Positions 1 through 13,944 of a DNA stretch of 64,000 bases are shown here, one piece after another (the stretch's first letter is position 1; each line of letters starts with the position of its first letter). Source of the DNA: Squalus acanthias. Taxonomy: Eukaryota. A model generated the notes under the pieces. That model saw only the letters and a program-made list of their open reading frames with translations, made no database searches and had not been told where the DNA came from. Location: NCBI GenBank assembly GCA_030390025.1, contig CM059432.1:67086001-67150000 (forward strand), written 5' to 3'. The translations under genes and the position numbers were made by a program.

Positions 1-841
1 TTCAAGTGACAGACGGTGCTGGAACTCAAATCCCTTAACCATCTAGTTGGGAGGCAGCCATTCCATTCTCTGTGGTTTTGCAGAGGGTGTTTACTGTTTT
101 TAGTGGCACACAAAAGTATCACAATGTCAAATAAATTACACAGGTAATAAAAAATAAAATTTCCATAGCTATTTTAATGATTATTTGTAATTTGTAAAAT
201 TCTAGCCCGGGGGAAGGGGTTGGAGATGGGTGGGGAGAATTTCTTAACGTAATTCTCGCAACAGCAGTACCTTTTGTAACATTATCATGGCAGCAACATG
301 CAGAGGGCTGTGCTGATGAGCTGGATCAAGATCTAGCACAAGAGACAAGTCCGGGAGGTGAATATTTGATTTTTTTTTTGCAATACCTGTCACACCATAT
401 ATGCTTGTATTGCTTCACATCAAAATCATGCATACTTAATGTTTTAGTAGAAAAGTAAAAAGGTCTCCATTTAGGTGCGGGGAGGGGGGCGGGGTGGGGG
501 TGGGGGTGGGGAGGAAAGAAACACAGCATGCGGTAGGGGCTCAATAATCAGTGTGTCCAAATTAGGAAGGGAAGAAAATTCAATTGTCCAAAGTTCCTGC
601 TACAGGTTGTTATCCCCTACCAAGGAGTCAATGGCCCGGATTTTGCGGTACAAATAACGGTGAGGCTATCAGCGCTCATCGTTAAGGGGTAAATCGGACC
701 GCACATGCGCAGTTAAATGCAGAAATCAAGTTGCTATCCAAGTTGCCCTGCACCTCCAGGAGCTGCGCTATACCAGTATCTCGCCCAGAGACTCACCACT
801 GAAACATATGGAACGGGATGAAGTTGGGGTACTTACATGAT

Positions 842-1416
842 TCTATGGAGAGGTACTACCAACGCTGCCTCTGCAAGATCCTGCAAATCCATTGGCAGGA
901 TAGGCGCACCAACGTCAGTGTTCTCGCTCAGGCCAACATCCCCTGCATCAAAGCTTTGACCACGTTCGATCAGCTCCGATGGACAGGTCACATTGTCCGC
1001 ATGCCCGATACGAGACTCCCAAAACAAGCGCTCTACTTGGAGCTCTGGCACGGCAAGAGAGCCCCAGGTGGGCAGAGGAAACGCTTCAAGGACACCCTCA
1101 AAGCCTCCTTGAAAAAGTGCAACATCCCCACCGACACCTGGGAATCTCTGGCACAAGACCGCACAAAGTGGAGGAGAAGCATCCAGGAAGGCGCCGAACA
1201 CCTTGAGTCTCTTCGCCGGGAGCAAGTGGAAGCCAAGCGCAGGCAGCACAAGGAACGCACGTCAACCCAAGCACCCCACCCACCCGCCCCTTCAACCACC
1301 GTCTGCCCCACCTGTGAAAGAGACTGTAGGTCCCGCATTGGACTCATCAGTCACCTGCGAACTCATTTTTAATGTGGAAGCAAGTCATCCTTGGTTCAGA
1401 GGGACTGCCTAAGAAG
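842..1416 (+). mobile_element. RTE-clade LINE, 5'-truncated 3' fragment
   Basis: ORF with QLRWTGHIVRMPDTRLPKQ and a C-terminal CPTCERDCRSRIGLISHLRTH zinc-finger-like motif; AAGAAG tail; perfect 11-bp TSD ACTTACATGAT at 831-841 and 1417-1427. Confidence 0.9.
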
Positions 1417-1754
1417 ACTTACATGATAGATACCCACAACACCATAGAAAAGGTTATGGCTTGTTCATTCAAGTGTAAGTGAATTTCAAATGGCGTGATA
1501 AGTCTTAATTACTGCCAAACAACCGCTCTGGCACTGAAAATTAACTTTTACAAATGTGGAGTCTCATTCCTTCAGATTTTAACTATTGATGGAGATTTAA
1601 AAAAATTAAAAAATGAAGTGTTTTTTTACTTTTTCTTTCTGTTTCTTTTACACTCTCTCTTAATCCCATCTGTCTTTAGCTCACTTTATTTTGCTTCTGT
1701 ACATGATTTGACATTGAACTATTCTAACTTATATTCCTGGCACAGACTCTGCGT

Positions 1755-2450
1755 GTCATAGAATCATAGATACTTACAGCACAGAAGGAGGCCATTCAGC
1801 CTGTCGTGCCTGTGCTGGCTCTTTGAAAGAGCAATCTTGCTTAGTCCGATATCCCTGCTTTTTGTCCATAACCTCATGTCCTGTCCAACTCCCTTTTAAA
1901 ATTATTTATGGAACCAGCTTCCATCACCTTTTCAGGTAGAGCGTTTCAGATCCTAACAACTCAGTGAAAATGTTTCTCCTCATCTCCCTTCCAGATCTTT
2001 TCCAATGATTTTGAATCTATGACCTCCAGTTACTGACCCACTCACCAGAGGGAATATGTTTTCCCTATTTATTCTATCAAAACCTCTCATCATCTTGAAA
2101 ACCTCTTACAGGAAACTCTTTATTAACCGGCACCCAAATATCCGGAAATCTCTCTTAAAGAGTTTCCTGTATTAGGTCACCTCTTAACCTTCTCTGTTCC
2201 CAGGGGAACAGTCCTAACTTTTCCAATCTCTCGTCATAACTGAAGTCCCTCATCCCTGGTTAACATGCTGGTAAACCTACTCTGTACCCTTTCTAAGGCC
2301 TTTACATCTTTCCTGAAGTGCGGTGCCCAAAATTGTCCACAATACTCCAGCTGAGGCCTAACCAGTGATTTATAAAGTTCTGGCATGATCTCTTGCTTTT
2401 ATATTCTATTCCTCGATTTATAAACCCAAGTAAACCATATGCTATTTTAA
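1755..2450 (-). mobile_element. CR1/HER1-type LINE 3' fragment
   Basis: tcatagaatcataga tail followed by cacagaaggaggccattcagcc, then degenerate RT C-terminal sequence (caatactccagctgaggcctaacc) shared with the other CR1 copies. Confidence 0.8.
2109..2169. mobile_element. 61-bp Tc1/mariner (Tigger/pogo-like) mini-MITE inside the CR1 fragment
   Basis: TA|CAGGAAACTCTTTA ... TAAAGAGTTTCCTG|TA: perfect 14-bp TIR with TA flanks; related to 10001-10250. Confidence 0.8.
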
Positions 2451-2885
2451 CCTCAGTAAGGATTCTTCAATCGGATTGGTTAAGGAGCTTGCTCTGTTCA
2501 CATAGGTCCCAGATGCCCTGTGTGGGCGCCGCGCTGTTTTAGATTTCTAATAACCGCAAGTTACAGTGCAAAAGCCCATAGAAAGTCTGGCAAGTGTAAT
2601 GAATGGCTAGCTTTGCTTGTTCGTCGCTGACCCCAAATTCCTGGCCAATATTTTCAGGGATGTGGGGCGGTGGGGAAGGGGAACTGAATTTTTTTTGTTC
2701 AAAATCCAGCACCTACACAATCCAATCTTCGAAGTATCCTGTGGTATTCCAGCATCAGTTGTGCAAATCAGTTTCTCCTTAAGTAGTCAGATCCACACAA
2801 TGTAAAGAAATGTACATATACAAACACAAAACATACCAATGAATATCTGAGTAATAGTACACTTTAACGAAAGGAAAATACTTAC

Positions 2886-2944
2886 TCTCGAATAGCTATT
2901 TTGTCAGAATGTCTGGAAGATACAGAGGACATGCTCTGAGACAT
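2886..2944 (-). CDS. RB1CC1: RB1CC1 coding exon (59 nt) leading into the Claw domain; the gene continues left of the window
   Basis: catttttcag|ATG TCT CAG AGC ATG TCC TCT GTA TCT TCC AGA CAT TCT GAC AAA ATA GCT ATT CGA GA|gtaagt = MSQSMSSVSSRHSDKIAIR(D), versus human MSQSMSSVSSRHSEKIAIRD. Confidence 0.96.
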
Positions 2945-3404
2945 CTGAAAAATGAAAAGGTCGAACATTTACCCCATGAAAATTTCAAAATATTTAGAAA
3001 AGTATATTGTAGCCAAAACACAGTAATTGTACATAAGCTTTGTTAACATGACAAAGCACAAATCGAGTAGATGCTTCTCTTGCTTTAAAATTAATGCTAT
3101 GAGATCAGATCATGGCTGGTAGCTGAAAGAAGTCAGTAAATATGCAGTTTATAAAAAAATCAGGTAGAAAAATTAAACTATAATTGAGTTGACTACATTC
3201 TAAAAATGGTTTGTAGAAATCTTGAAGAAACTCCCTGCATGAACTGAGTTTCAAGAGCACATTGAAATGTTCACTGGAACAAACAACTGGTAAAAATACT
3301 GTTTGGTGTCTAATAAAACAATGTTCATTTTTAATTAACTACCTATTAACCACAGGGATGTGTCAATGCTTTGACCACCTTTCATATCCTCAGGATATCT
3401 CTAA

Positions 3405-3765
3405 ATGCTCACAGCCAATGTATTATTTTGAAAGCAAACCTGGCAGCCAATTTGCACATAGCAAGGTCCCACAAAAACAATGAAATAATTGACCAGTTAA
3501 TCTGCTTTTAGTAGTATTTGTGAGGGATAAATATTGGTCAGGACACCAGAATTCTTCTTCAAATAGTATTTTTATGTCCACCTGAAATAGCAAATGGCAC
3601 CGTGGGTTAACAGCGCATCCAAAAGACAGCATCGCTGACAATGCAGTACTCCCTCAGTATTGCAATGAAGTATCAGCCTAGATTTTGTGTTCATGCCCCA
3701 GAGTGGGGCTTGAACTCTCAACCTCCTTACTCAGAAGCAAGAGTGCTACTGCTGAGTCAAGCTGA
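3405..3765 (-). mobile_element. DeuSINE/SacSINE1-like tRNA-derived SINE
   Basis: Motifs gcagccaatttgcacatagcaaggtcccac, gagggataaatattggtcaggacacc and gcagtactccctcagtattgca, ending in ggggcttgaac...gagtgcta (reverse tRNA head). The same motifs recur at about 8130-8350, 12560-12690, 15270-15590, 27890-28120, 38555-38785(+), 45115-45345(+) and 63680-63990. Confidence 0.75.
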
Positions 3766-6700
3766 TAGTAAAATAATAAATTCAAAGATCAATTAGTTTT
3801 CTAGAAAGTATAACCAGCTTCATTACATGTTGCAATGTGCATTTTTCAAAAAATACTTGGCCAAATCTAAAATTCCCCACATTAAAACATCTGTTTCACA
3901 TGCTGAATTTTAAGCTCAAATTCCTTTGTCCCTTTCTTTCACTACTATTGTGATGTAGCTCAGATTTCTTATCTCTGCAGTTATCTTTCACCAGATTTTT
4001 TTATGGGGTCTTTCACTCATTGGAGTTGCTGGCATGTTAGCGAGATAGGATGAGGAAATCTGATGGAAAACAGTGGAGCAACTGGAAACAAAAGAAAAAC
4101 AAAAGTGGGGAAAAAGAAAATGGATCTTCTAGAATTTTGCTCTCCAAGTCTCAGGAGGGGAGGGTGTCACTCTCTTTCACAGGGTTCCTCTCAACATCTA
4201 TCTCTCAAGGTCTCTTATCAAGGATAAACTGTTTGTGTTTAATGTTGCAATTTTACAGTAATTTTTTTTATATTGGCTAGAAACAGTCCACAGATATGTA
4301 TTACATACTTGCTGCACTATTAGACAAATGCTACCAACTGGAAACAGGCAGCCTCAGAACCAGTAGTTTCAAAGTACAAAACATGGAAATAAAGTATGAC
4401 AGAGATAAATCTATACATGTTCTTTCATAAAAAGGAAGTGCAATATTTGGTGTTCTGATGTATTTTGACAGCAAACTATCAGGGAAGGCATCTGAGTGCA
4501 GCCCAGGCCCAAGGAAGGTAAATAAACCTTAAAACATGAATTCTCCCAGAGATTGCTTATTGAGCTGACCAACAGGAAGTGCACACAAGAGCATTGGCAG
4601 ATTTCTTATTCTGCCTCATGGTTATCAAACAGTAGGCAGCAAAAGGAGACATTAAATTGAAGTGGGAGGTTTAAGTATTCCTTTAGAATTAAAAATTGAA
4701 CAATTGCACATAGCAATCAATTTTAGATTGTTGTGTTCAATTCCAGATATCATTTTCTTTGTTCACTATGGTTTTGCATTCTGTAGTACAGAAGCCTGAA
4801 ATGTGTACATTACTCTCAACACTACCAATGAAAACGGTTTATAAAAATCATTCATCAAAAATCAACTATGAAGTACAAAAATCCAGTACTGCTTTTGTGG
4901 TACAAACTATTGGATTTATTTTGCATGACAATTAACATGATTATTAATTATGGACCTTAGGACAGTGCTGGGGACTGTCAAGAGTTCAAAATGTATCCAC
5001 AACTTTTTGCCATCTTCATTTGTAGGAGAAAATGACAAAATTCAAATCAGGATGCAGAAAACTAGAGTTCACATGTATAAACATTCTGCTGACTACCCAT
5101 ACTGGTAAACAAAATACAACTCTTGGAAAAATGCTTGAAGAATCTTGTCCATAAACCAATTTCAAATCTGATATACAAGTGACATGCTAACCTAAAGCTG
5201 ATTTACAATCAATCTTTGCCACCACTCACTACAAGAGTTACACGTGTGGCTTTCACATCAGTGTAACAAATACTCCAATATGTAAGGATTATAATTTAAA
5301 CCAAAATCCATCTAAAAAAATAACCAGAAAATACTAATTCTGCCAGTCACAGACAAGAGTCTTTTCAAATAATATTACATGCTCCTTTCAGGTATTTTCA
5401 GTTTTCTCAATGTTTGAACATTTTCATCAGTGAATTAAGAGACATAATTTGTAAAATGGTTCAATAAAACAGGGTTTTTGGTTACAAAACAAGAGTTAAT
5501 CAGCATTATAACACTTTGGACAAAACAGTCACAAAGACTCAACTCCATGCATTTTTGAACCATATTGTTCGTAATGATTTTTGGTTCAGGGATAGAGCAA
5601 CAATTTTTCTTTTAAAAAAATGGAAAGGTTCACATTTGGTCAAAAATCAACTACTGATATAGAAAATAAGAAAACTGGAAATCCTAAATACATATAATAA
5701 AAAATTCAGAACAAACCATACAAGGGAGATATAAACATTACGTAGTAAAACATGCCAGACACTACAAACATGCAGCACTCTTTGAAGTCAATGTCAAAAA
5801 AGAACCATTTGGAACATCAAATGTGAATTTTTCAGAAAATTCTTTAAAGCTCTTTGTTGAAAAGTTGTTCCCTCATTCAGTAATCAAGGGTGCTCATCAA
5901 AAATATGAAAAGCACAAAGAAAACAAGTTGTTGCACAAGTAAAATAGCTCCTGAAGATTACGGTGCCTGCCATGCTTCTATTTTGACACCAGCCCCTTAT
6001 GAAGAGTGTTCTTAATGAGAAATATAGACCTCTTGTTATTGTAAAAAAAATTCAAATCAACTATTTCCAATTATTTTCATAGTAACATTCCTCGCATAGA
6101 CTGTTAAAAACAGTTCTAAGGGTTAGGAGTTTTTCCAGTCATGGGCTAGCTACAGTTAACCAGTAATCACAACTATGTTTTTAGTTTAGACAAAGTAAGC
6201 ACAGAATGGTTAGCAGAATTAAATATGCTGCACTGAAGTTTAGAACGTTATGGCCTTTGAGTTACTTAGTAGCACTCATTTCCTTTGGGCGTTAAAATTA
6301 CAGTATGCAAAAACAAGTCATTCATAATTGCTGCACAATAACAACTTGTGATTTGGCATTAAAAGAATTGCTTCAATGGCCTGAGATACTTTGAGAAACC
6401 TGTTTCAATATTAGTACTCCAAACGTAATATCACGATTATTAATTTTAATGTACAATGAATATACTGCTCCAGTATTATTCTACTTTCATTGTATAAATG
6501 TGCACTAGCTTCATATGGACTGCATTAATTTATTTCATTAAATAGTGCACCTATCTTCCAAGCTGGAAGTTCCTCAGTTATTTGCCAGCTTACGTACTCC
6601 CTTTCTGGACATTTTCGAAGAGACCAAAACAACTTGAGTAATTACATGCCTGTGGTTTGGAGCAAAAAGATTCTGAAAAAAGGGGACAAAATGACAGAAT

Positions 6701-7179
6701 CATCCCCCCAAAAAGTTTAAAAATGCAAACTCCCCTCTCAAAACTAAAATCAGGCACTTGCATAAAAAAATACCAATTTAAAACACTCAGGATAAAAATT
6801 CTCTGCAAGAAACATTTGTTGAATCGTGCGGCACTTGTTTACAAACTAAAACCTAGTGTTTAAGACAACACAGGTGAATATCATTACAAACAGAAAATAA
6901 TTTGAATTTTTCTATTTTAGAATTGCTATAGCGGAATTTTCAACAGAACCTAACATTTTAGGAGAAAGAAACAATTTAAAAGTTGGGAAGCACTTGCAAA
7001 TTGGCAGGTAACGACATTACTTTTCTCACCACTTCCTCCACCCCTTTCCAGTTTGCTAGTAGAGCAGTAGAATTAAAATAGCGCATTGTAGCGTTTATTC
7101 TGAAACTATTGTTCTGACAGTAATGAGTTGGACCAAATAAAAATGTTTATTTGCTTTGTGGCCCAAACAGAATACATAC

Positions 7180-7227
7180 CAATCTTTGATTTAAACGTTT
7201 ATTCTCCTCTTCTTTCATTTGTAATGT
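7180..7227 (-). CDS. RB1CC1: RB1CC1 small coding exon (48 nt)
   Basis: ttgcttgtag|ACA TTA CAA ATG AAA GAA GAG GAG AAT AAA CGT TTA AAT CAA AGA TTG|gtatgt = TLQMKEEENKRLNQRL, versus human TLQLKEEENKRLNQRL. Confidence 0.95.
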
Positions 7228-8750
7228 CTACAAGCAAGCAAAATAAATTCAATTTTTAAACTGGTAGCACATTTAACATAAAACTTAGAATTGTTATTTA
7301 ATTGATTGTCAAGATAAAAGTACTTGAGTGAAAAGGTAAAATGCCACCATCAGGTACCAGCAAAAGGGTTAAAGAAGATGTATTCATCAAATTACATTTG
7401 GTATCAACATTTTTTTTCAATTCCTTCCCCTCATATGTGCACAAAGCAGCAGCATCTGTTAAAACATCATGAAACTCATGACTTTCTTTTTTACACAATG
7501 TTGAGTCACTCGTATTGGAATGTGCCTTAAACCAGAGATCATATTATTTACAAATAGATCAAATATTAGAACCTTGAGATGTGTTTCCATACTTAATCCA
7601 ATTGCATAGTGGGAACTTTTCTTTATTTCAAAAGGAAGATGCCAGCTCAACGTTGGTCAGTTGGAGGTTGTGAAAAATGGGATGCAACCTCAAGAGGTTG
7701 TTGAGAAAGAAAATGGTCAAAGAGAATTTTGTTTAAAAAAAGGAAAATAAAATACATTTAAAGAATGATTAATTTGTAAATATGATAAAAATAGATGTGT
7801 GGAAAAAATGAAAAACAGTAACCACACAAAAAAGGCATGAATAAAGGAACATGCCCAACATTCAGAAAGTTCTGACGTGCAAAAGCAATATAAACATGAT
7901 TACTGCTGATGGGAGAAATCAAATGAAAGATTGCCCTATTAGAACAGTTTATGTAAAGCAAAAGAAGGCAATGACACATTCTTCCAGCTAAAAGAGCTTA
8001 AGTTAAGTGCATCAACATTTTTACCACTGAATTGCTCATATCTAATGCAGGTGGAGGGTAACAATGAATTAAATATGAAACAAAGAAAAAAATAAAACAC
8101 GTATGTAAGAAAGAAGAGCTTGCTTTTATATATGGCCTTTCGTGCCTTGGGAACATCCCAAAACACTTTATAGCCAACAAATTATTTTGAAGTGTAGTCC
8201 CTGTTACATAGGAAAACATAGCAGAAAATTTATGTACAAGGTTCCACAGACAGCAATAAGATGAATGACCACTAAATCTATTTTTTGTTGGGTGTTGATT
8301 GAGGGATAAATGTTGGCCAGAAGAACTCTCCCAACATACGAGGAACAACTGCTCATTTTCAACAACACCTACAATTCGCACCTACAATTTCCATGGGATG
8401 CATTCCTCAAATGAGCCATACTATTATGTGGAGCAGACAAATGAAGGTCAGGTGCTTTCTCATAGACAAAGAATCTTGTGGGCCATACCTCCTTGTGGTC
8501 AGTTATATTTGCACTCCACTACTGTGCAGCTTGCCCATTATCTACAAGGATTTCAATCATGGTAAAATGATGTCTTCATAGGTTAGAGAATGGCAAACAT
8601 TGGTAAACCTGCCCACATTTAAAACAGCCATAAGAACGTCAATTTCCAAAATGGGCAACAATCCCATAGAAACATTTGCAACCTTCATTTCTAAATTTCT
8701 TGCGGAACCTTTGGAAATTTTATTTGCTTTTATCCATTCAATAAGACAAT

Positions 8751-9502
8751 GGCCCAGATTTTGCGGTGGGCATGACTGAGTACTCTCAGACTACACCATT
8801 ATACCGCCTTTGAAATCCACCGCAAGTTCAAGATTTCCGCATGAGCTTGCGCTAAAGCCCGATTTTGCGGTCTGTCAACGTACGCATTGACAGGCCATCT
8901 GCTACGCCATCGAAAACTTAATTGCTGGCGCAGAGTTGGGCTATTTGCCCACCGACTGCCCAGCAATTATGTATGGAAATTTTACGGCTGGTGGAAACAG
9001 GTGCAGGGCCTGTTTCCACAGCCTAAGGGGATACCCGAAATGAAAAAAATGCTTTTTTGTTAATTAAATGACATTCAGGAACATTAAAAGCTTTAATGAG
9101 AAGCAATCCAAGTGTATGTTAAAGCTGCAGGTTTTTGTTAAAATAACGTTTACATTTCATGACTTTCGGCACAGTGCACAGTATTTGTTTAGAAGTGGGA
9201 ATCATGAGTAATGAACTGGAATCCCACAATAAAAGCTAAATCTGTATGTATTTTAAAGGCTGTAGTAATTTAAATGAATAAAAGACATTCGGTTTTCGGA
9301 TTGGAGGACCAGGCCCACGTGATCCCAGGTACGCTTTCGCACAGGCTGCATCCCTGAGATCAGTGGGCCATTGTGCTGCCCTCCAGCACGCAGCATCAGA
9401 GAGCAAGTTTACAAAGGAGGGTCGTCATTAGGTAGGAGCGTATTCTTTTCGCAGGTCGGCGGCGTACTCCGGAGGTACGTCGCCAACCGCAATTTTTGGC
9501 CC
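8751..9502. mobile_element. Non-autonomous TIR element (Harbinger/PHIS-like), family B
   Basis: AAT|GGCCCAGATTTTGCGGTGGGC ... GCCAACCGCAATTTTTGGCCC|AAT. Internal ggaggaccaggcccacgtgatcccagg and gcgtactccggaggtacg recur at about 63205-63400. Confidence 0.75.
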
Positions 9503-10000
9503 AATGCAGCAAACAAAGCAGGGTGGTATTGATAGCCTCCCAAAACTGCACTCTTAAGAAAATATTTTATAGGATCCCAACAATAAAGATAACACACAAG
9601 GACAGTATGACCCAGTATTCATTAATCCTCAAAAAATGTGCTCATCATAGGCAAACCGTCTAGAAGAGCTTCACCACAGAGAATAGGAGGGTAAAAAGTC
9701 AACCTGCCTCATGGATGCATTTATAAAGATTGTTGAGCAGCAGCATTGGAAAAGACCAGAGGATAATCCTCAATTAGAGCAAGGCTTGCAGCTCTTCAGC
9801 TGGAGAAGCAGTGAAATAAGAAACTAGCAGTGGAACATTACATTGAAACAGAACTGGCACAGAAGATTCTTCACATTAAAGCATGGCAATAAGCCATGCC
9901 AGGTCAGAAAGAAAATGAGGAGCAGCATGGGAGTGAGCTTTGTACAGAGATATTAAAATTTCAAAGAATGGGGTAACCTACATGTACACTAAACAATATA

Positions 10001-10250
10001 CAGTAAACTCTTTCGTATCCGGCACCGACGGGACCGGGATGGTGCCGGTTGATTAAAAATTCCGGATAACAGAGAGTTAGGCAATTTTTAACACAAAAAA
10101 AATAAAAAAAGTGACTAACTCGGCCACCGCGGGAAACTTGGACTCGGAAAAACGAAAAATGGATGGATTCGGCAAGATTACCGGCCATCTATTTTGACGG
10201 TTATTAAAGAATTCCGGTTGATTAGGTGCCGTTTAAACGAGAGTTTACTG
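10001..10250. mobile_element. Tigger/pogo-like MITE (250 bp)
   Basis: TA|CAGTAAACTCT ... AGAGTTTACTG|TA; the TIR extends imperfectly to about 26 bp (through cggcacc); CpG-rich interior. Confidence 0.85.
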
Positions 10251-10620
10251 TACCATTATTCCTCACGTGTTCAACCTACATCCTTAAACTTGTTTTGAGC
10301 ACAGCAAAACTGAAGCTCAACCTAAACTGAAAGTCAATGCTCAGTGATCAGAGTAGCTGCTTTGTAGTGGACTTAAGTACCCCCTGCATCTTGGCCAGAT
10401 GTAACCACTTCGTGAATTGAGTGAGCTTGGTTTCCTGGTGTGCTGAGACCTAATGGGCAGCATCACAAGGAGACCCATTTTGCTAACCACTGCTTTGTAA
10501 GAAGTTCCACTCAACTTTTATTTCTAAAGAAAACCTCAAACCATTAAGGGGGGTGGGGGGCAGGGTGAAGCTCCTTTATCCTACCTACAGAAGATATTTT
10601 ACTGCACACATCAACTATGT

Positions 10621-10797
10621 CAGCGTTTCCCAACCTGTGGTCCGCGAGGGTACTGCAGGTGGTCCGTGAAAAAAAAATATATAAGTTTGACTCCCGTCAG
10701 CCATAGGCTGTTAAAAAATTTTAAACGGCTGGATGTCCGCAGAAGCTTTTGATGACGATGTAGTGGTCCGCGTGAAGGAAAAGGTTGGGAACCGCTG
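10621..10797. mobile_element. hAT (Charlie-like) MITE (177 bp)
   Basis: TIR CAGCGTTTCCCAACCT / AGGTTGGGAACCGCTG (15/16 match) and perfect 8-bp TSD AACTATGT at 10613-10620 and 10798-10805. Confidence 0.92.
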
Positions 10798-11339
10798 AAC
10801 TATGTGATACTTTTCTTTCAATGGAAAAGACAGGAGGTGCTTGATAAAACTTTAGCACAACGCTTTCCTAAGACAGGTGAAAAACTTTAAGCAAAAGAGG
10901 GGACTGGGTCGTGAACTTTCCCATCCATGTATGAAAAAAGGCAAAGTGATGTACCACTAAAGTCTGCAGCTCACTAATTTTTAACACAGACAAGAGCTAA
11001 TTAAATAATAGCCATGAGAAATTTAGGATTGCAGGAAACCACGAGTTTAAGAGGTTCTGAAATGAGTTTGTACAAATTCAAAGAATAACAAAAAGGGCTG
11101 AACTTCCAGGTACTCTTCATAAACCAGAACACAAGAAGCTTCTTTACCATCACTCCCACTACAGGCATGGTTATAGGAAGAAACAACAGCATTTGGGTCA
11201 GAGGTTCGAATCAGCTCCTCATTCAACATTTGCAAGTACAAAAAACCATTGGTACATATCAACCCAATGGCTTGAACGTTGGCCAAAACGCGAGGGAAAT
11301 TGGACAATATAAGCCTTCAGAGTAGAGCTTTCCTACTCG

Positions 11340-11745
11340 AAGATCATCCTGGAAGGCAACAATAACACGAGGCTCCTTTTCTCTACTATCAACTGCCTCT
11401 TTAAACACTTCTCCCCACCCCTCCACCCTCGCCTCTAACAAGTGCGAGGAGTTTGCGGATTTTGTGGTCTCTAAGATAGACACCAACTATTCAGCTGCCT
11501 CTGCTGCTTTACCCCACCAACCCCCTCCACGAAGTGTAACCTTCCCCCAGGCTCCCCCTGCCATTGCCCTAAATTCACATCTTTCTCTATCCTCTTGTGC
11601 CCGCTCCAAGGTCATCTCATCTACGAGACTCCCCTTCTATTCCCGCTAAATTTCTGATAACTCAACTGGCCCCCATTTAAGTGGATACTGTAGATTGTTT
11701 CCACTCTTCGGGCAGTACCCTATACCTTTCAAAACTGCCATCTCA
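11340..11745 (+). mobile_element. Degenerate L2 LINE internal fragment
   Basis: gatcatcctggaaggcaac...cttttctctactatcaac...acaagtgcgaggagt is the reverse complement of the L2 segment at about 54150-54600. Confidence 0.65.
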
Positions 11746-13944
11746 ACCCTCATAAAATCCATTCCACTTTGACCTGAGTCATGGCAAATCTGACTGGTGG
11801 TAGACAGACTAAAATTGCTTATGTCTGGAACTGTGCCCCTCTGAAGGACAGATACAGTTTTGGTCACAACTGAGATTTCTCTTTATTGAACATGAATTTC
11901 AGGCAGTTCAGCAACATAAAACTCTTCCTTCAAGGTCTCTACTTATCATCTTCACGAGCTGGTCATCCAGATATGGGTAAATGCAGAGACCCGTTTGCCA
12001 CAATTAAAGTCAGAACATTAAGGTATTTAATAAAGACTCGAGGAGCCAAGGTCAGGTTGAACTGCAGTGCATTGTACCAGTAGATTGCCTCACTGTTACG
12101 TCTCCAGAGAGCTTTTCTGATTCGGAAATGAAAGCATCTTTCAGGTTAGCAGCAACTAGTCAATCTCCTGACTAGACCTTTCCTAAAGCGATAATAGTAG
12201 GAACTAGTTGCTTAGGGTACTTGCCTGCACATCCTTGGACTGTCCCCCAAAGAGTCATTCCACAGAATTCTAAAGGAAAGCTCACAGCTTTACTTCATGG
12301 TCTGCCCCACATATGTATTTAATTATTTCTGGTTTCACTCACAATCAGTTATAACCTCCGGCTTCCCCCACACCCCCACAGGAGTTTCCTGCAGTAATTG
12401 GGGAAAGAACCTTTGTAAACAGAGCCAACAATGGAGAATTGCCCAGAAGTGACATTTATGATCACAAAGAGTGAGAAAGATCACATATCTAAATAATACA
12501 CGATGCTGCGTTTGGTTCCTTTTTAGAACAAATGATCCAAAGAACAAACTTTCATTTATACAGCACATTTCACTTTCTCAGGATTTCCCAAAGCTCTTCA
12601 CAGCCAATTAATTACATTTGATGTGTAGTCACTGTTTTGTAGGCAAACATGGCAGCCAATTATGTACAGCAAGGTCCCACTTTGCAGGTACGACCAATGG
12701 AAGTAAAGTGCTGCAAGAGAGGCTTGTGGTGAGTAAATGTTAGAGGCGAAGTACTCAAAACTCAAAGCAGCAATCATTATATGTATTGTATTTTTTTTTA
12801 AAGTAACCCAGAACATAAGCTTTGTAGCATAAATATATACAGATGGACTATTCCTTTTTTCAAAAGGTAGTCCAGGATTAGTGAGAGAAACCTACTTAAA
12901 AAATGGTTAAAAAAAACCCAAAAGTGTTAGGGTTCTCAAAGTTACTGAGCTGTTAAAATAGCATTTAATGACAAAAGTATATATATGTACATGCATAATA
13001 TGCATATATGGTGGTATCCATGATGACACCCAGTATATGGTGCAGAGTAAAGCCCCCCAACTTTAGAAATGCACCATCTCCTAGATCAGTGCACACTTAT
13101 ATATACCAAGCACTTCAATTGTTTCCCTGAGCGAGACGGAGAACAAAAATTGTGCTAAGTATGGGAAAGTTTTTTCTGCAGTTTGGAAATCAGGAAGTGG
13201 GTTGACACTATTCAAGTTGTTTTACTAAGACACTTACAACAACAACTTGCATTTATATAGTGCCTTTAACATAGAAAAACAACCCAAGGTGCTTACAGCC
13301 AGATTAAGAGACCTTCGTCCTACGCCTGGGCTAGATTTAAACACAGGTGCCAACGCAGATCCCAGAGGTGAAAGGACAAACATTTAAATGAATAGTTGCC
13401 AGTTCCTCCATTTTGATGGGAGAATGTTATTTCTGAATGGTAAAATATGATGAACAGTCTAAGTTATTGAGTGATGGGTGGAAGAGTGTCATAAATTTTC
13501 CTTCTCCTTCAGCTCCAAGTTCTTCCATCTGTTTGGGAGGGGGAGGAGTATTATAAACTTGGGAATAAACAATCAAGGAAAAGTTATTTTGCATGAAGTG
13601 GACACAAACAGAGGTATACATTATTCATATATATTTTTTTAAGAACAGATTGCATTATTTTTTAGTTTAGTGCTTCCCAAGAGACTAAACTTTACTACAT
13701 GAATATTATGGCATACACGCCATAGGAATTCACTTACATCTCCAATTTCTGGTATTAATACTCATTTTAAGACTACTGTAACCAAAATAGTAATGCACTG
13801 CCACACTAGAAAATAATTAAGCATAATGCTGAGAGAAATCTTTGAGAGTATTCTTCAACACACCATTCAATAAACAACCATTAATTAATTATAAAAAAAA
13901 AATCTCACTCGTACAAAATACTTTCTTTAAAAAAGTGCATTCTA

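Larger units (their letters stand above)
633..2646. mobile_element. Non-autonomous TIR element (Harbinger/PHIS-like), copy A, hosting RTE and CR1 insertions
   Basis: Starts AAT|GGCCCGGATTTTGCGGT and ends ACCCCAAATTCCTGGCC|AAT (imperfect TIR, AAT on both flanks). Internal sequence aligns by eye with 55333-55700/59450-59740 and, inverted, with 16730-17321. Confidence 0.7.

Noticed and set aside
474..515. G-rich run with G-quadruplex potential (others at about 207-235, 16125-16141 and 50180-50215)
   Set aside because: Simple G tracts are common in these genomes, their lengths are error-prone, and they lie on the template strand with no supporting context.
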